64,000 nt of DNA from Moniliella sp. 'wahieum' (taxonomy: Eukaryota), in NCBI GenBank assembly GCA_003971905.1, contig RSEE01000128.1, positions 1-64,000 of the forward strand, read 5' to 3'. The notes under the pieces were generated by a model. It had not been told where the DNA came from, ran no database searches, and was given only the letters and a program-made list of their open reading frames with translations. The position numbers and the translations under genes were made by a program. Of this stretch, positions 24,146 through 40,487 are shown piece by piece (the first letter of the stretch is position 1; every line of letters begins with the position of its first letter).

Positions 24146-27100
24146 GGTGGTGGAGCAGCAAGCGAGCAAGAGGTGGGCAGGGCAGGCAGCTGCGTATAAT
24201 ATAGACACAGCGGATGGGAGTGGCTAGTGGTGGAGCGTATGCAGCAGCACAACAGGAGACAGAGCGGGTGCGGCTGGCGCGACAGACGAGAGAGCGCTCG
24301 GTCGATCGTAGAGGAGATACGGACGGGGCTGCTGCCGCTTAACGATTAGATGGTTAGGGTACTTACTCCCAGTCGCTGCCAAGCCTGCCGTCCAACGTCC
24401 GCTGCCATCGGCGAGCACACGAGCACAGCCAGCAGACACGCCGTGCGTGGCCGGCGTTTGCCACCAAAGGGGCTCTTCTGTCTCTCGTGGGAGGGAGGCG
24501 AACATGTGCGGTTTGGTCCCCCACCCCTCGGATTCAGGGCCGCCTGGGCGGTGAGCACTGAGTCTCAGGACTGAATATACTGAATGTACTCAGTTGCCAA
24601 CGCGGCGCAGCGCTGGGAGAGGCATGCATGTGACTCGCCCCGCTCCACTAGTACTAACAAACGGGGTCGCGTCGGGCGCTTGTGTGCTGAAAGTGCGAAG
24701 GCTGAATGAGAGTGAAGCTTGAAGCTTGAAGAGTGAATATATCTAGTGAATCCTCAATCTCGGCTTAGGTACCTGGGCCCAAGTACACTCTCAGTACTCA
24801 CCCACTGCGGCTACTTTTAGTACTCTGTACTGACTCAGTGCCCAGTACTCTCACACATGTCACAGTAAAACCAGTAACTGGCAAACGAAAATCGTTGACT
24901 ACTTGCTCTCGTAGGCTGGCACATCCCACAAATACATATGGGGGTACCCAGTATCGTATAAGCAGAGCCCTGTATCCTGTACGTAGATTTGCCCGAGGAC
25001 ACAACCGACATCCGGATACTCGGCGTTCTTTCCGCCGACCCAGGGACGGAGAGGCGTATGCCTCTCCAACTCTAAAGAGACATTCGTCCAGTAAATTCCT
25101 TCAAGCCCCAACCAAGACTGGCCCTGCCGCTGGGTTGGTGTCTCTGGTACACGCCCTTTCTTCAGCTTCTCGAACCCCCCATCCCTATCCCCTCTCATGA
25201 GATGCATGAGACGTGACGCATGAGATTGAGATCCACACGACAGCTCAGATATATGAAAGAGAACACGGTGCGTTCCTGTGGCCTTTTCAGTCTCTTTCCC
25301 AACGCCCCCATACGTCCAACAAGCCATATCGCATGCCTTGAGAAAAAAAGTGCCCCTTTTGTTTCCAGAGCGTCTCTCCTTCAATGTCTGGGGCAGTGCG
25401 TTGAGCCTAAGCGCCTAAGCGCTGAAGGTAGGTCGCGGGAGGGGTCACCGGTCAACCGGTCAACCGATCAACGTTCAACCTGAGCATACTTCCTATAGTC
25501 ACTAGAAGTTGTAAACACTTTTCGCGGGAAGTAAACACTTTTCCCGGTTACTTTAAGCTTTAAGATTGCGCCTCTCGCGGCCATCGAGCTTGATTAGCGT
25601 CGTTTTTGGCCGAGATAACATGGACAACAAAACGTTATCCCCGGCCGACCATGCGGCGGCACCGCCGGCTGAGAAGCCGGCGACTGACAAGCTCATTGAT
25701 CTATTGATCCGATCATCGATCATGCATCATGCATGATTATCGATCATCAATTGAAGCCTGATCGACCCCTGATTGATCTACCGCGTAACGCGTGTATCGC
25801 GCAACGCCACGGTCTATTCGTACCAAGCGTTTTGGGCGTTTGCTGTCCTCTGATCCAACTGCGCTTCGCTCAGCGCTCACAACTTTCGACCTCTCTCTCA
25901 CCGATCTCAGATCATCGATCACATGCACATGTCACATGCACACCCCGCTTTTCCCCGCACCCCACCATGTCAAAAGACGGCCATGATTAATGATTAATGG
26001 CCGATGATCCAGTCCATGATCGGGTCCATGGATCCGGGCGCTCAGCGCTCAGCCGGAGCGCGTCGTCTATCTATACTCCAAGCGAGCGAGATTTGCGACT
26101 CCCAGATCTCACATGCTGTCATCGCCTGTCACATGTCGTGTGACATGGCAATCACTCCAAAACTGCTGTAGTACTGGAGCAGACTGAAGAAATGATCGAT
26201 CAGCAAGTCGGTTCCCTTCGCTGCCACAGCGAGGTACAGATGAAACCGCACCCCGTGCTTTCAGCGGCGCTAACTAGGAGCGTTTTGGGCAATGGGTACG
26301 GTAAAAGTCATGGTAGTAGCTTTGGGTCCACAGTATGCGGCGTGTACAGAAAGCAGGACGTTGATGTGGCGTTTTGATGGTGTATTCCATTTTGCAACAC
26401 ATGATGGCACAGACGCTCCCAAGCGCGTCTCGTCCTCGACGTCCTCGACGCCGCGTCAAGCGTCATGCGCGTCATGCCTCTGCCTGACTAGGAGCGGTAT
26501 TCAGCTAGGCGAGTCCTAGCGATTTCGATGAAGCAAAGACCCATACTCAAAATACAATATAGGCCCCATGCCAGCTGGGAACTCGGGTTCGTTTCGAGAC
26601 CACTGCCCATATGATAGCGGAAAGTTGAACACTGGACATACAGAGTACTGAAGTTCAGTACATTGAAGGATTAGCTTGCGCGATCCCGAGCAACGGGATA
26701 CTGGCTAGAAAACCCACACAAAAAAGCGTACGATCAACGTCCAACCTCCAACAGTATAGCCGCGCTGTAACGCAAATAGCCACTAGGTTCGAGTACATTT
26801 TTGTGGCTGCGAAGCATCGCGCTGGGAAAGGATGCATTCCTTCACCGTCTTCAAGCTTCAAGCTTCAACAGAGATAAGATTAAAGATTGCCCGTGTTCAA
26901 AGACCAACAATATAGTATGGTTCGTTGCGATTCAAGGGGCAGAAGATACAAAAAGTAGCCCTCTAGTAACTCGCTGGCGATTCGTCATTTCTCTCATCCT
27001 CACTCGCTTCACACATCACATGGATTCTGTATTTTATCATCTGTACACTCTCGCTGTACTCTGTAGTACTCCTCATGCTTCTCATACCACCAGCCACCAG

Positions 27101-27463
27101 TCCCACGTGCGTCTGACCATCCGGCGTAAGGTGTAGCGCAGAGCCACATGCAAAGAAAAGAGGAGCGCTCTCCCTGCCGCCGCGTCCTCCTTCCTCTACC
27201 ATCTTTCCCCACGCCCACCATGAGCCCTGGGTACGACCTGACCGACCTGACCCGACCAGTCATCACGCACCACCGTCAGTCACGGACCAAGCCATTTCTT
27301 CTTTATTGTTTCCTGCTACCTCGGTGAGAGGGCACATTGAGTGTGGCCAAACAGTCAGGCCACTATAGGTAGGCCAGAGAACCAGCGTATTCTCCTTCCA
27401 TTTCCTTCGTCTTGTCGTGCCTCCCATGTTCCAGGTTGCATGTCCCGGTTGCATGTTGCATGT

Positions 27464-28779
27464 TCACGCTCCTTTGGGCAGCAAGAGCCAGGCAGCCAAG
27501 CCAGCGACGAGGCCCGACAACTTTTCGCCCGGGGTATGAAAGTAGACTTGGGTCAGGAACAGCATCCAGGCCCACAAGGCTGCCAAGCCCAAGGTGGCTA
27601 CCAACCCCATGTGTAGCCCCTTGCTTGGGGCCGTGGCAGTCCCGTCGTCGCAGGGACATGGGCGGTGCGGTCGCGGAAATTGAATGGCCAGGATTGCGAG
27701 CGGGAATAGAGTGCTTGTACGCCAGGTAGCAGGTACGGTACCAATGGCGATACTTCCTCCAGCATCCAGAGTAAAGATAGGATCAACAGGAACGTATGGC
27801 CCGATACGTCGTGCCCCCCGCGCCCTAGGAACCATCCACAATGAGGGGAGTTAGTCTCGTTCTCGTCTCGTTCACCTCATTTCGTCGGCTCGTCGGCTCG
27901 GTCTCGTCTCGCGGGAGAAGAGAGCTAACAAGGCCAACACGGGTACGTACATTCGGTTCGGAGGGAATGGAGTAAGTTAGTTGCCACCTCGCCTTGTTGG
28001 GTGGGGGCAAGGGGCAGAGGGAACGCCTTACGTTGGACACAGTAACTATGATCCACCGTTTCAGGCACTGCGATGGCCAAAGGACCCGCGCCCAGCGGGT
28101 CCTTCGGGCGGACCGGTACACACTCCCCGCCCGTGGCGGTCAAGATGCGGTACATGATTGACGGGCCAAAAAACCACGAGGCAAAAAGTACCCAAATCAG
28201 CGTCGCCACCAAAAATCGAAGTAGCGACATGCACACCAACGATGTCGACGTTACGCCTACCTCTTGTACCTCGGTCGGCGCATCATCGTCTTTTTTGTGC
28301 GACGACCCGGGTTGCGCCACCGCAGGCGCCGGGACCACAGAGGAACCCGAAGCCGACCCCGAAGCCAAACCCGAAGCCGACGCCGAGCCGGTAGTCGCCG
28401 CAAGTGCGATCGGCTCCGCCTCGGGCGCAGCAGATGTGGGTGTGGGTGAGGCGGCAAAGAAAGCGAGAAGGGTGGTCTTGAGGGCGACGAGCTGGAGGGC
28501 AAAAACGAGCCAATTCCATACCATGGCGTACTTGACAAACACTTGGTTGACCACATTGTGTTTGTTGGCCCAGTAGGTCTTGTGGTGCTGCGGCACAGGA
28601 GGCGAAGTGGAGGCCAGGTTTTGAATGTGCGTGCCAAACGCCAGACTGACCCCGAGGCCTCCCAGGGTCAGCGCGAGCACCATGCCAAGGTAGGCGTAGT
28701 GGTACGGCTGCAGCACCAGCAGCTGCCGCAGCACCCCCGACGAGGCGGGCACAGGGCGGGGCGCGGGGCGAGTGCTCAT
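27464..28779 (-). CDS. SCS3: FIT family ER protein (Scs3/FIT2 acyl-CoA diphosphatase)
   Basis: YWANKHNVVNQVFVK, WFFGPSI..RI..ATGGEC, catalytic motifs GHDVSGHTFLL and TQVYFHTPGEKLSGL. Confidence 0.9.
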
Positions 28780-29481
28780 CGCGCGAGGAGGGGGCGAGGG
28801 TGGGTGAGGCAGGCAAGGATGGAAGCAAGAGAGCAAGTGAGGATGGAAGGGCGGAAGGAAGGGAGGAAGGATGGATGGAAGGATGGAAGGAAGGATGGGT
28901 AGATGGATGGATAACCGATTTGCGGCGCAGGAGTACCCTGGGTAGACCTGGTGACGGGGCCGGAGCTATGACGTGGGCGTGCAATTTCAGCCGGCAGTGC
29001 TGTGCGCTGCTCGATCGGCGGCGCCACGCCCCGCCTCGGCGCGGGCCAGAAGCGGCGGTTGGGACGCCAGGCAGCCTCAGCCGCTCGTCCCTCGTCCAGC
29101 ACGAGGCGGCGATGGCCATGGCCACCCGCATGGCCTCCATCCATCCATCCATCCATCCATCCATCCGCAGGCGCACCTCCCACTATGGACGCTCCCTGTG
29201 CCCGTGTGCCTCGAAGATCTATGTTCTAATCCCCGGCGCAGCACCCCCGTGTGTATACTTCTGCCCCCATCAGCAGCTACAGGGCGCAGACGACGACCGA
29301 CGTAGCACCCGAGCGCAGCACACACATAGCCAGGATGTGCCAGCTTACTCTCACGCTCCTGCCACGCGCCAGAGCGCCATCGCAAACCCTGCCCCCTCCG
29401 ATCAGTTTGGCTGCGTGCGGTAGGCCAGTCCAAGCCCAGGGGGGAAAGGCGGTTTGCAGAAAGGGTATGCATCTCAGTGGG

Positions 29482-30506
29482 TCAACATGCCACGGCAAAT
29501 ACGCGCAGACGCACATAGTGCGCCGTCCATTCGCCCGTCTCGGGGTTGTACCATGGCGGCTCTCCCTGGACAGCGCCTCGCCAGCTTGGAGTCGCGAGAG
29601 CACATGGGTCACCGCCGCCTCCTTGTCCTGCATCTCATTGATAAACGGCCCGCCGAACGCCTGTCGTGCCAAACATCCGCCCATCGTGTCAGTGACCTGT
29701 TCTGCTCGCCCCGATCCGATCCTGTCTTCTCTGCCTCTCGGCTGGACAAGACGTAGCAAGCCAACGTACCTTCAACCAGCCTTCCGCGCCGCCAGCCAGC
29801 GGGGTCGGACGCACCACCAACGCCGCGTACTCGACCTTGAATCCGGCCTGGGTGAGCACCTGCGTATACTGTTCGACCGAGGGGAAGAACCAAGGGTCGA
29901 CCACGTCGGGGTGCACGCCCTGCGCTTGCACTTCGTCCCTCAACAGCGTATGGACCGCACCAACGTTACCCTTTCCACCGAGTTCGGCCGCGAGGATGCC
30001 GCCGGTGCGAAGGGCAGCGCGCATGCCCTTGGCCACCGACACAGGGTCGCGTCGCATCCAGTGCAAGGCGGCATTGGAAAATACCTTATCAAACGTCCCT
30101 GTCAACTTTTCCGTTTGCAACCACGGAAGCAAGTCGTGGCCATCCAACACAACGTAACGCAACTGCGACGATCCTGATGGGGCGGCCATGTAGGCCGTTG
30201 TGATCATGTCGCTCGCCGCGTCCACACCTAGCACTGCGCCAGGTGCAACGGCCGCGGCAATGGACTGCGTAAGCTCGCCACTGCCACACCCGACATCCAG
30301 CACCCGTTCCCCCGGCTGCGGATCGAGCAGGTGGCGGACAGAGGCAGTGTTGGCATCGTTAAAGACAAAGGAGGCCTGGGCGCGGTAGACGGATGCGTTG
30401 TTGGAGCTGTGGAAGGCGCCCGTGTCGGTGGGCAGGACGTCGGCGGTGGCGGTGCGCGCCGGTGGAGGACGTCGGCGCGGGAGAGGGGCGGCGGCTGCGA
30501 GGACAT
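29482..30506 (-). CDS. Class I SAM-dependent methyltransferase (trans-aconitate methyltransferase-like)
   Basis: LDPQPGERVLDVGCGSGELT, GVDAASDMI, FDKVFSNAALHW, ELGGKGNV, PWFFPS, RPTPL..G..GWL and terminal YVRLRV. Intron near 29670-29770. Confidence 0.88.
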
Positions 30507-31210
30507 GGTGGGGGGGGAGGGGGAGGGGAGGGAGAGCGAGGAGAGGAGGAGAGGAGAAGAGGAGAACGGAGAAGAGAACGGAGAAGAGAGATGAGGAGAA
30601 GAGGAGGGTGAGGGGGCGCGGCGGCCCAGTTGGGCTTTGTTGGGTGCTGCTGGCTGGCTAGGTTCCCACGCTCCCTGACCCGGCTTAACCCGGCGCTTTG
30701 AAAGTTGAATGTTGAATGGGCGCACAACCGAGGCTGCCGATTCGCCTTCTCCATTCTCCGTATAAGAGTCTCCATCTCCATTCTCCGTCTCCATATCCAT
30801 TCTCTCACTCCTTTCTCCTCCTCCCTCCTCTCCCTCCTCCCTTCTGCCTTCTCCCTTCTCCGTTGTCCACATGGGGGACTTGTAGATGGTGGGAGTGGGT
30901 CTGGCCAGTTGAAGTGGGGCTATGCGACGGGCCATGCAAGCGGGAGCACGACGGAGGGCGCAACATGCCCTGGCCGCGTGTGGATTATGCGCTTGCCATC
31001 GAACATGGCACCGTCGGCGCTCGTCCGCTTGGGGGCGACTTGGTCTATGTAGCAGCGACGAGAGGAGCACCGGAAAGCCATCCGCACCCCGCCGGAAGTC
31101 CGGCGAAGGTACGTGCGCCACTAGTAAGTACTAGGCGCCGCCTCCGCAGCCTCGCTGCCCCCGTGCCCAGTAACCCTGCCCAGCCCAGCCCTCGCACGGG
31201 GCGGCAGTGA

Positions 31211-34151
<2,941 letters not shown>

Positions 34152-34455
34152 TCATATTGACACGTTGGGACCTGGTCCCACTGCCGTGCTGGTTGGTGTG
34201 ATGGGCAGAATGGCCCTGACTTGGCACTCGGACCAGTATCATACGATGTATGTGAAATGTGGCATGTGAGGGGGCACCACACACTTTCTTCCTATACCTA
34301 TACCCGTACCTATACCTATACCTTCTGTGGGTATCTGGACACAAGCCACTGAGTACCCAGTACTCGGTACTTGGGTACTCGATCGGTACTCACTCCACAC
34401 GGACCTTCCTCCCCTCTTGCGCCTTCTTTGTCTCTCCCTAGTCCTTGTATATTTC

Positions 34456-34785
34456 TGCAACGGGACGCCGTTCGCTCGCCCGTTGGGCTAGTAGGTTGAC
34501 TTTTGATCACGGTGATTTACGATACCCCCTACACCTATACTACTAGCCGCACTTGTAAGCACTTCAAGTGTGACCTGTGAGCACACATCAAATGCGAGTA
34601 AACACTGTACCCACCCTCGCTTGCTTCTTTCCTCTCTGGTGCCCAGCGTGTGAGAGGGGCCTCGCATGTCCCTGATGATCCTACACCGATTGAATCCCCT
34701 GTCATCATGTTGGTAATTGGGTGGCACGGGGTTGGCATTTGGACTGGAGAGGAGCTCCTGGCTCTCAGTGCAGTGTCCCATTGCA
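34456..34785. ncRNA. Candidate structured non-coding RNA (or non-autonomous element), family unknown
   Basis: The ends pair (TGCAACGGGAC 34456-66 with GTCCCATTGCA 34775-85). Internal helices: 34486-94/34540-48 (9 bp perfect), 34549-55/34565-71, 34592-98/34661-67, 34631-36/34652-57 and 34743-51/34762-69. A T6 run follows. Confidence 0.45.
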
Positions 34786-35371
34786 TTTTTTGTATATGGC
34801 ATACTATATCACAGCGATGTAGCAGCGGTCAACTGGTATCCCTCCCGCTCGTGGAGGCGGAGGGGGGGGGGGGGGCACGGTGGGCCGGTCCGAGAAACAA
34901 AAGGTCAAAACGCGATCGAGGGGGGAGAGAGAAGGGGGAACGGAGAAGTGCACTGCCAGAAAGATTGGGCATCGAGGCGAACGAGCAGAGCGACCGAGAG
35001 AAGAAGTCAAGGTTCGACGTTCACGCTTCAAGCGAGACACGATCCAAGGAAGAGGAACAAGAGAGACAATTGGAGGAGCTACGGACAATGAGTGGCGTGT
35101 GACGGAAGGGAAGGAGAATATGGAAATGGTCGTGTGTTGGGACAAGGATCATCAGGAACGACATTGAATCTAACTCCGCAAGATCCAGCATCAACAAGCT
35201 TGAACCGTCGAGAGAGAGAGATCAGAGGAGAGAGGGGGAGGGGAGGGGAAGGGGGTCCAATTGAATTGGTGTACGAAGAACCGTGCGGGAGTAGCGCGTG
35301 TTGGAGACCGATCCGAAGGAATGAATTCCATCAACGTACGAACATATACTTCAGTTGCTTGAATTGTGCAC

Positions 35372-38199
35372 CTAGCTCGACCCTGACGAAGGCGGGATCG
35401 GGTTGGGCAACCAGAGTCCATTGGGTGCCGGGGCAAAACCAAGGGGGGAACGGGCTTGTTGACCAACTCCAACGCGCCCTGCAACGTATTGGTTTCCACT
35501 TGGTTGCCCCACCAGAGGTTTTCGCCATTGAACGCATTGTCAACCGCGAGCTTGTTCGTGTTGGGCAACTCGAGACAAATGTCAATCAAAAACGACATAA
35601 GGGAGCTACCGGCGGTAAAGCCAGCAGACAAGACGTAATTGTAATCGGTCCAAAACTCAAAGTAATGCCGACGCAAAAAGTACTGGAAAAACCATCCGAC
35701 CAAGAACCACGACGTAAAGTTGATCCCTGTCGCGGGGGGCATCATGCCCGTCGCACCAAAGAAGACGGGCCAGTTGATGAACCGCACCCACGAATTGGGG
35801 TACTTTTAGCCAAGAGCCAAGTAGGGATCGGGATCAGGGCACCCACAATGAACATGATGTTCAGTGCACCGTAGGTTTCCCCCACGGCAAACGTGCGCCC
35901 TGGGCCGATTAGGCCCCAGATGATGCTCGCTGCAGGGGTCAAAACGCGGGATCCAGTCAGTGAAGGTTCTCAAAGGGAGAGAAAGAAGAAAAATAAGGCC
36001 GAGGGTTAAAAGGGAGACGAACCTGAGTAAAATGTTTTCTGTGAGGCACAGGTAAAGTGGGCCGGACTGATTTTCTGGTTGGGGTCAACGCCACAGAGGT
36101 TGTGGGTCGACTTGAAGAGGAACGCAGTCACGCCCACCTGGACAAAGCAGGCCCAGATGGTGGAGACAATCTGGGCCCAGAACATATCCCGAGGAGGCAC
36201 TTTCATGTAATGTCCCAGCTTCAGGTCTTGGAGAAATGTGACGGACTGCACCATGGTGATGTACCCAAACGTTTTGAAAATCATCATTGCCACGGTCGCC
36301 CGGGAGCGCATAGCCCACAATCAATTCGCTAATCACGTTGAGCCCAGGCGTGTTGGACGTGACGGCGGTGATGATGCCAATGGGAACGGTGTACACGGCA
36401 CTCATCACCAAGGCCACCACCAACATCCAATGGGCAATTGCGTCTTGTACACGTACACGGACGGTACACTGCCATCCCAAACGAAATCAAAAACAGTACC
36501 CCATACCACCAGTACGGCACTTCTTTGTACCGTGACATGAGGCGGGCGTGGATGTCGGGTTCCTCATGCAACGACCGCTTGACTTGCCGCACAATGTCGC
36601 CCCAGTAAAACAGGGCGACTTGGCTCAGGGTGGAAGTGATGACACCAAAGCCAACGCCATAGCTGATCATAAATGTCTGCACACACAGGATACGACAAAA
36701 AGGGGTCAGTGGTGTCCTGATCATCAACGGCTAGCCACACTTCGACCCGACCGTTTTTGGGTTTCCAAAAGGTGGAAGAGGGGGCAGGGGGGATCATGCG
36801 AGGCGACGTACGGCGCTAAGGTATTCCTTGGAGTAGGACATGTACTTGTCGAGGTCCAGCTCGTAGTTTTCATTCACCACAAAATCCACCGAGTACGACT
36901 GACCAAAGCGGTCGTAGATACCATTGTTGCTGAAACTGAGGTATCCCGTGTAACGCGCATTGGTGGCCCACAGGATGGGCGCCACAAACCCAATGATCAA
37001 CACGTACCCCACAATCGTATTGAGAATCGCAAACCACGGTACATACATGGGCGAACCCAAGGCACTGGTCACTTGCATCCAATCGAGCGAGATCATGTTG
37101 AACCCGATCCCCCCCGAACCACCAAAGACAATGTTGACGCCCTTGTTTTTGGGTGCGGCCCAGGTAGGCCAGGAAAAGACAGAGACCGTAAACAGGTAGG
37201 AGGGCACCACTTGCCACAGAAACAGCGTGACACCTCCTACGGTAAACATCTTGAACCGGGACCAGCCACGGAAACTGCCCACTTTTTTGTTTTCGTGCAT
37301 CGAGGTAAGGAAAGCCGTGTTGGTCAGGTTGATGGGCCAGATCATCGACGCGGGCCAAACGGATCTGGCGACAAAATCCTGCGTAGGAAAATCCAATCAT
37401 CTGCGTGGCCAGCGTGAGCATGATCATGTACCCCGCCGTCATGTGCTGGCCATAAAACGCGTGCTGCGAGATGAAAATGTCGGTACTGTAGGCGGTGCCG
37501 ACACCGACGGTGGCCATCACCGAGATCATGGTGTGTTCCTTGATGTTAACGGACCCGGGTTGAACCAGCCGGCCAGCGGCCAGGTTTGCGGGTAGGGAAT
37601 TTGGCCATGGCTACACCGATGGGGTAGGCAAACAGTTGCACTGCGATCGACGGGAAGGTAATCACAGGCCACTGGGTTGGTGTGGGGTAAGATGGTGTGG
37701 GAGGGGGGGGTTAAAGAAGAGGAGGGCGAGAGGACGGTTAGAAAAACAAAACAAAAAATATCCAACAAAGAAGCGAGTGACGCGAGAGAAGAGAGAGAAC
37801 ATACCTGGGCGGAGAAGTACATGTTGATGCCACTGAGGACGGTGCAGGCAATCATGCCGATGAACCAGGCGCGGAAGGTGTTGGCCTTCATGGTGGGTCA
37901 TCAAGGTTGCTGACGGCGGCACGGACCTCTGGGTAGATCGAATCGTCTTCAATCACATCCTCCAGCCGCATCTCGGCCTTCTGGTCGCCCTTGGTCAGCG
38001 CGCGGTCCGCCTCGCGCAGCAAGGCGGGATCGAGGTTGGGGTCGTTGAGGCGGCCATCGACGATTTCGTGGCGAATGTCGCGCTCGATCGAGCCAAAGGC
38101 AGCCTCATGGTCCAGCTGGTAGGGCAGCGGAAGGTGGAGGAAGCCTTCGGTGAGGGCGTCCTTGGACTCGTCCTTGTCGGCGTGGTATGCGGGCTGCAT
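35372..38199 (-). CDS. Oligopeptide transporter, OPT family (Isp4/Opt1-like)
   Basis: DDSIYPEVRAAVSNLDDP, NTFRAWF, FNPGP, VWPASMIWP, DIHARLMSRYKEVPYWWY, FLQDLKLGHYMKVPPR and YNYVLSAG. Introns at about 37670-37803, 36677-36810 and 35933-36021. Confidence 0.94.
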
Positions 38200-40487
38200 G
38201 GCGCGGGGGGCACACGAGCGGCGGAAGAAGCGCAGGGGACGCCGAGAGGGGGTTATATACCATGGGCGATGGGCGGGTGGTGGTGTGGCGCGGAGTGGGG
38301 TGGAGTGGAGTAAGGATGGTGGGGGTGGGCAGAGCACATGGCATGCGCTCGCATTCGTTGCTTGCGCTCTGTTCTGCTGCAGGGGGAGCACTGCCTCGCA
38401 CCACCCAAGCGCTCGCCCTAGCTCGCACTGCCCCACACTGCCTCGCACCGCCTCGCACTGCCCGTGTCTCGCCTCCGCAAATGGCCGCACACTGCCCCCG
38501 AAGGGCGAGCGCGTGCGGCACTGGCGCCATGCCTGCGCTGCCCAGCGAGTGCAGGTGGTGCGCCCCTGTACGGCGCCAGTCCCCCTGGCCATGCACGGGG
38601 CAGCTGGCGCTGTGCTGCGGTCGCTCTGCTGGCGGTGCATGTGCCTCCTGCTGCCTGCCTCCCACCTCGTGCGCCCCCCGCGGCCCCACCCTCACGCGCA
38701 CCCCATGTCCATGCTGCTGGCCAACACGTGCCCGCTCCTCCACACCACCACCATTGGCATCCTCAGCCGTAACCTTAACCCCACACCCCCCTCCGTCATC
38801 GGATTATATGCACCGTCACGACGATGTGCAAATCGCATTCAGTTATTGCCGATAGGGGCAAACATCCACGACCATGATGACCAGACGCGGATGTGGTGGT
38901 GTTGCCAGGGGTAGTATTTATCCCACACGCAACACTCTCCCCGTTGGTGTCGAGTGCATCGGACCACCGACCGCCAACAGATGAGTGGAGAGCGAGCAAA
39001 AAGTGTGGCGAGTGCAAGGAAGAGCAGGCCATACTGTAAGGTCGCACCACACAGTGGCAGCGGCTTCTTGATCCTTGCAATGGCAAACCCTCACCACCGA
39101 GCACACCCTGCTTGATACCAATTGTACCGCCGCTGTATTATACCCTGGTATCCCGGAGACGCCTCCAAGTCAATGCTCTGCGCCTGACGACGGCAATCCG
39201 CAGGAGACCAGTACGCACGACGTTCGTCGTGTAAGAATATTCTCCAAGACTGCTGTCCGGCGAAGGCAGTGCTGGGCACCCGTACTACTACCTGTGGTCG
39301 ACTCCGCTTACCATGTATAATGTACTGGAGGGAAGGAAGGCGTATTTGACGCTGCAAACAGTCTACTAGTAGTAACCCTTTGGACTCTCATTCTGCGAGG
39401 AAGAGGACAATAATGGTCCGCGTACGTCCCTTGCGGCCAGCACGATACCCGTGGCATACTACATCAGGACAGAAGGTCTCGTTAATCGTCTCGATATTCC
39501 GCACTGCTTCCGCTTGGGCCACACTTTTGTCCGAATGCCACATGTCACGAGAGGTCGCGAGAGGGAGAGGTATCGATTCTCATCGATCATCATCGATCAT
39601 CCTCTGCCCTGTGACTAGTGACGTGACTCTCTTCTATACAGGGCGCGGGCACGGACTTGCTCTCTGCCCCGCCACATGGCCTCTCTTCTCCCTGTGGCAC
39701 TGCATCCCACTCCTTGGGCCGGGACCCTCTAGGACCTTACAATCGTCAAAGATTTTCCCATTTGCCCTACTACTACTATTACTCTCCCAGCGTTTCCTTT
39801 CGCGTTTGGGCAGACGTCTACCCAGGGGTGGTCCCACCCCTACCCCATCTTCCTTTGCTGCTGGTACCGAGATGGTCTCTGCCGATCTGATTTCTGTTAA
39901 AACGACTCCTGACCCTGGTTGGTTCGTGCGGTTCTTCAAGTGGAGTTCGCATTGCAGTCAGCATGTGCCATCTTCGAGCTTCAATCTTCTGTGCGCGAGG
40001 TCCGTGCGTTGATAACCAGGATTCTCGAGGGGTCTGCCATGCTCGGCTGGGATCATACATATGACGTCTCCGTCTGCCATGTCGAGTTCGCTACAAAGGG
40101 AGCAGTATGTGACCCGTTTGTCCCACATGCGCGTATTATACTTAGCCTTCCTACGACCCAGGCGGCGCCGACGCCGAAGCGTCGCTTCTCGCTTCTCTCT
40201 ACCGTTCAGTCGCGATCCCAGTGGCACTACACGCGCCTGGGATCGTCTGGTCGTAGTGCACATACTTTACTAGAGCCGACTTGAATTGCATCTGCACCCG
40301 ATCTGCCTCGCCGCTCGCTCCGGGGCACAGGTGTTGGCGGCGGGGAACCTTCCTAGCTTGCCTACGCTTTCCCTTTAAGCCTTTAGCCTTCAGCCTGAGC
40401 CTGAGCCTGAGCCTGAGGCTTAGCTGTCTGTCCCTTTAGGCTTAGCGGTACGCCTGGACGGGGGCCTTGGACGTGCCGGCGCTGTTG

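Noticed and set aside
24352..24360. GGTTAGGGT as a possible telomerase RNA template
   Set aside because: A 9-nt match is expected by chance in 64 kb, and no adjacent pseudoknot was seen.
34671..34710. CTGATGA as a hammerhead core or C/D box
   Set aside because: No stem II followed by GAAA, and no suitably placed CTGA D box on either strand.
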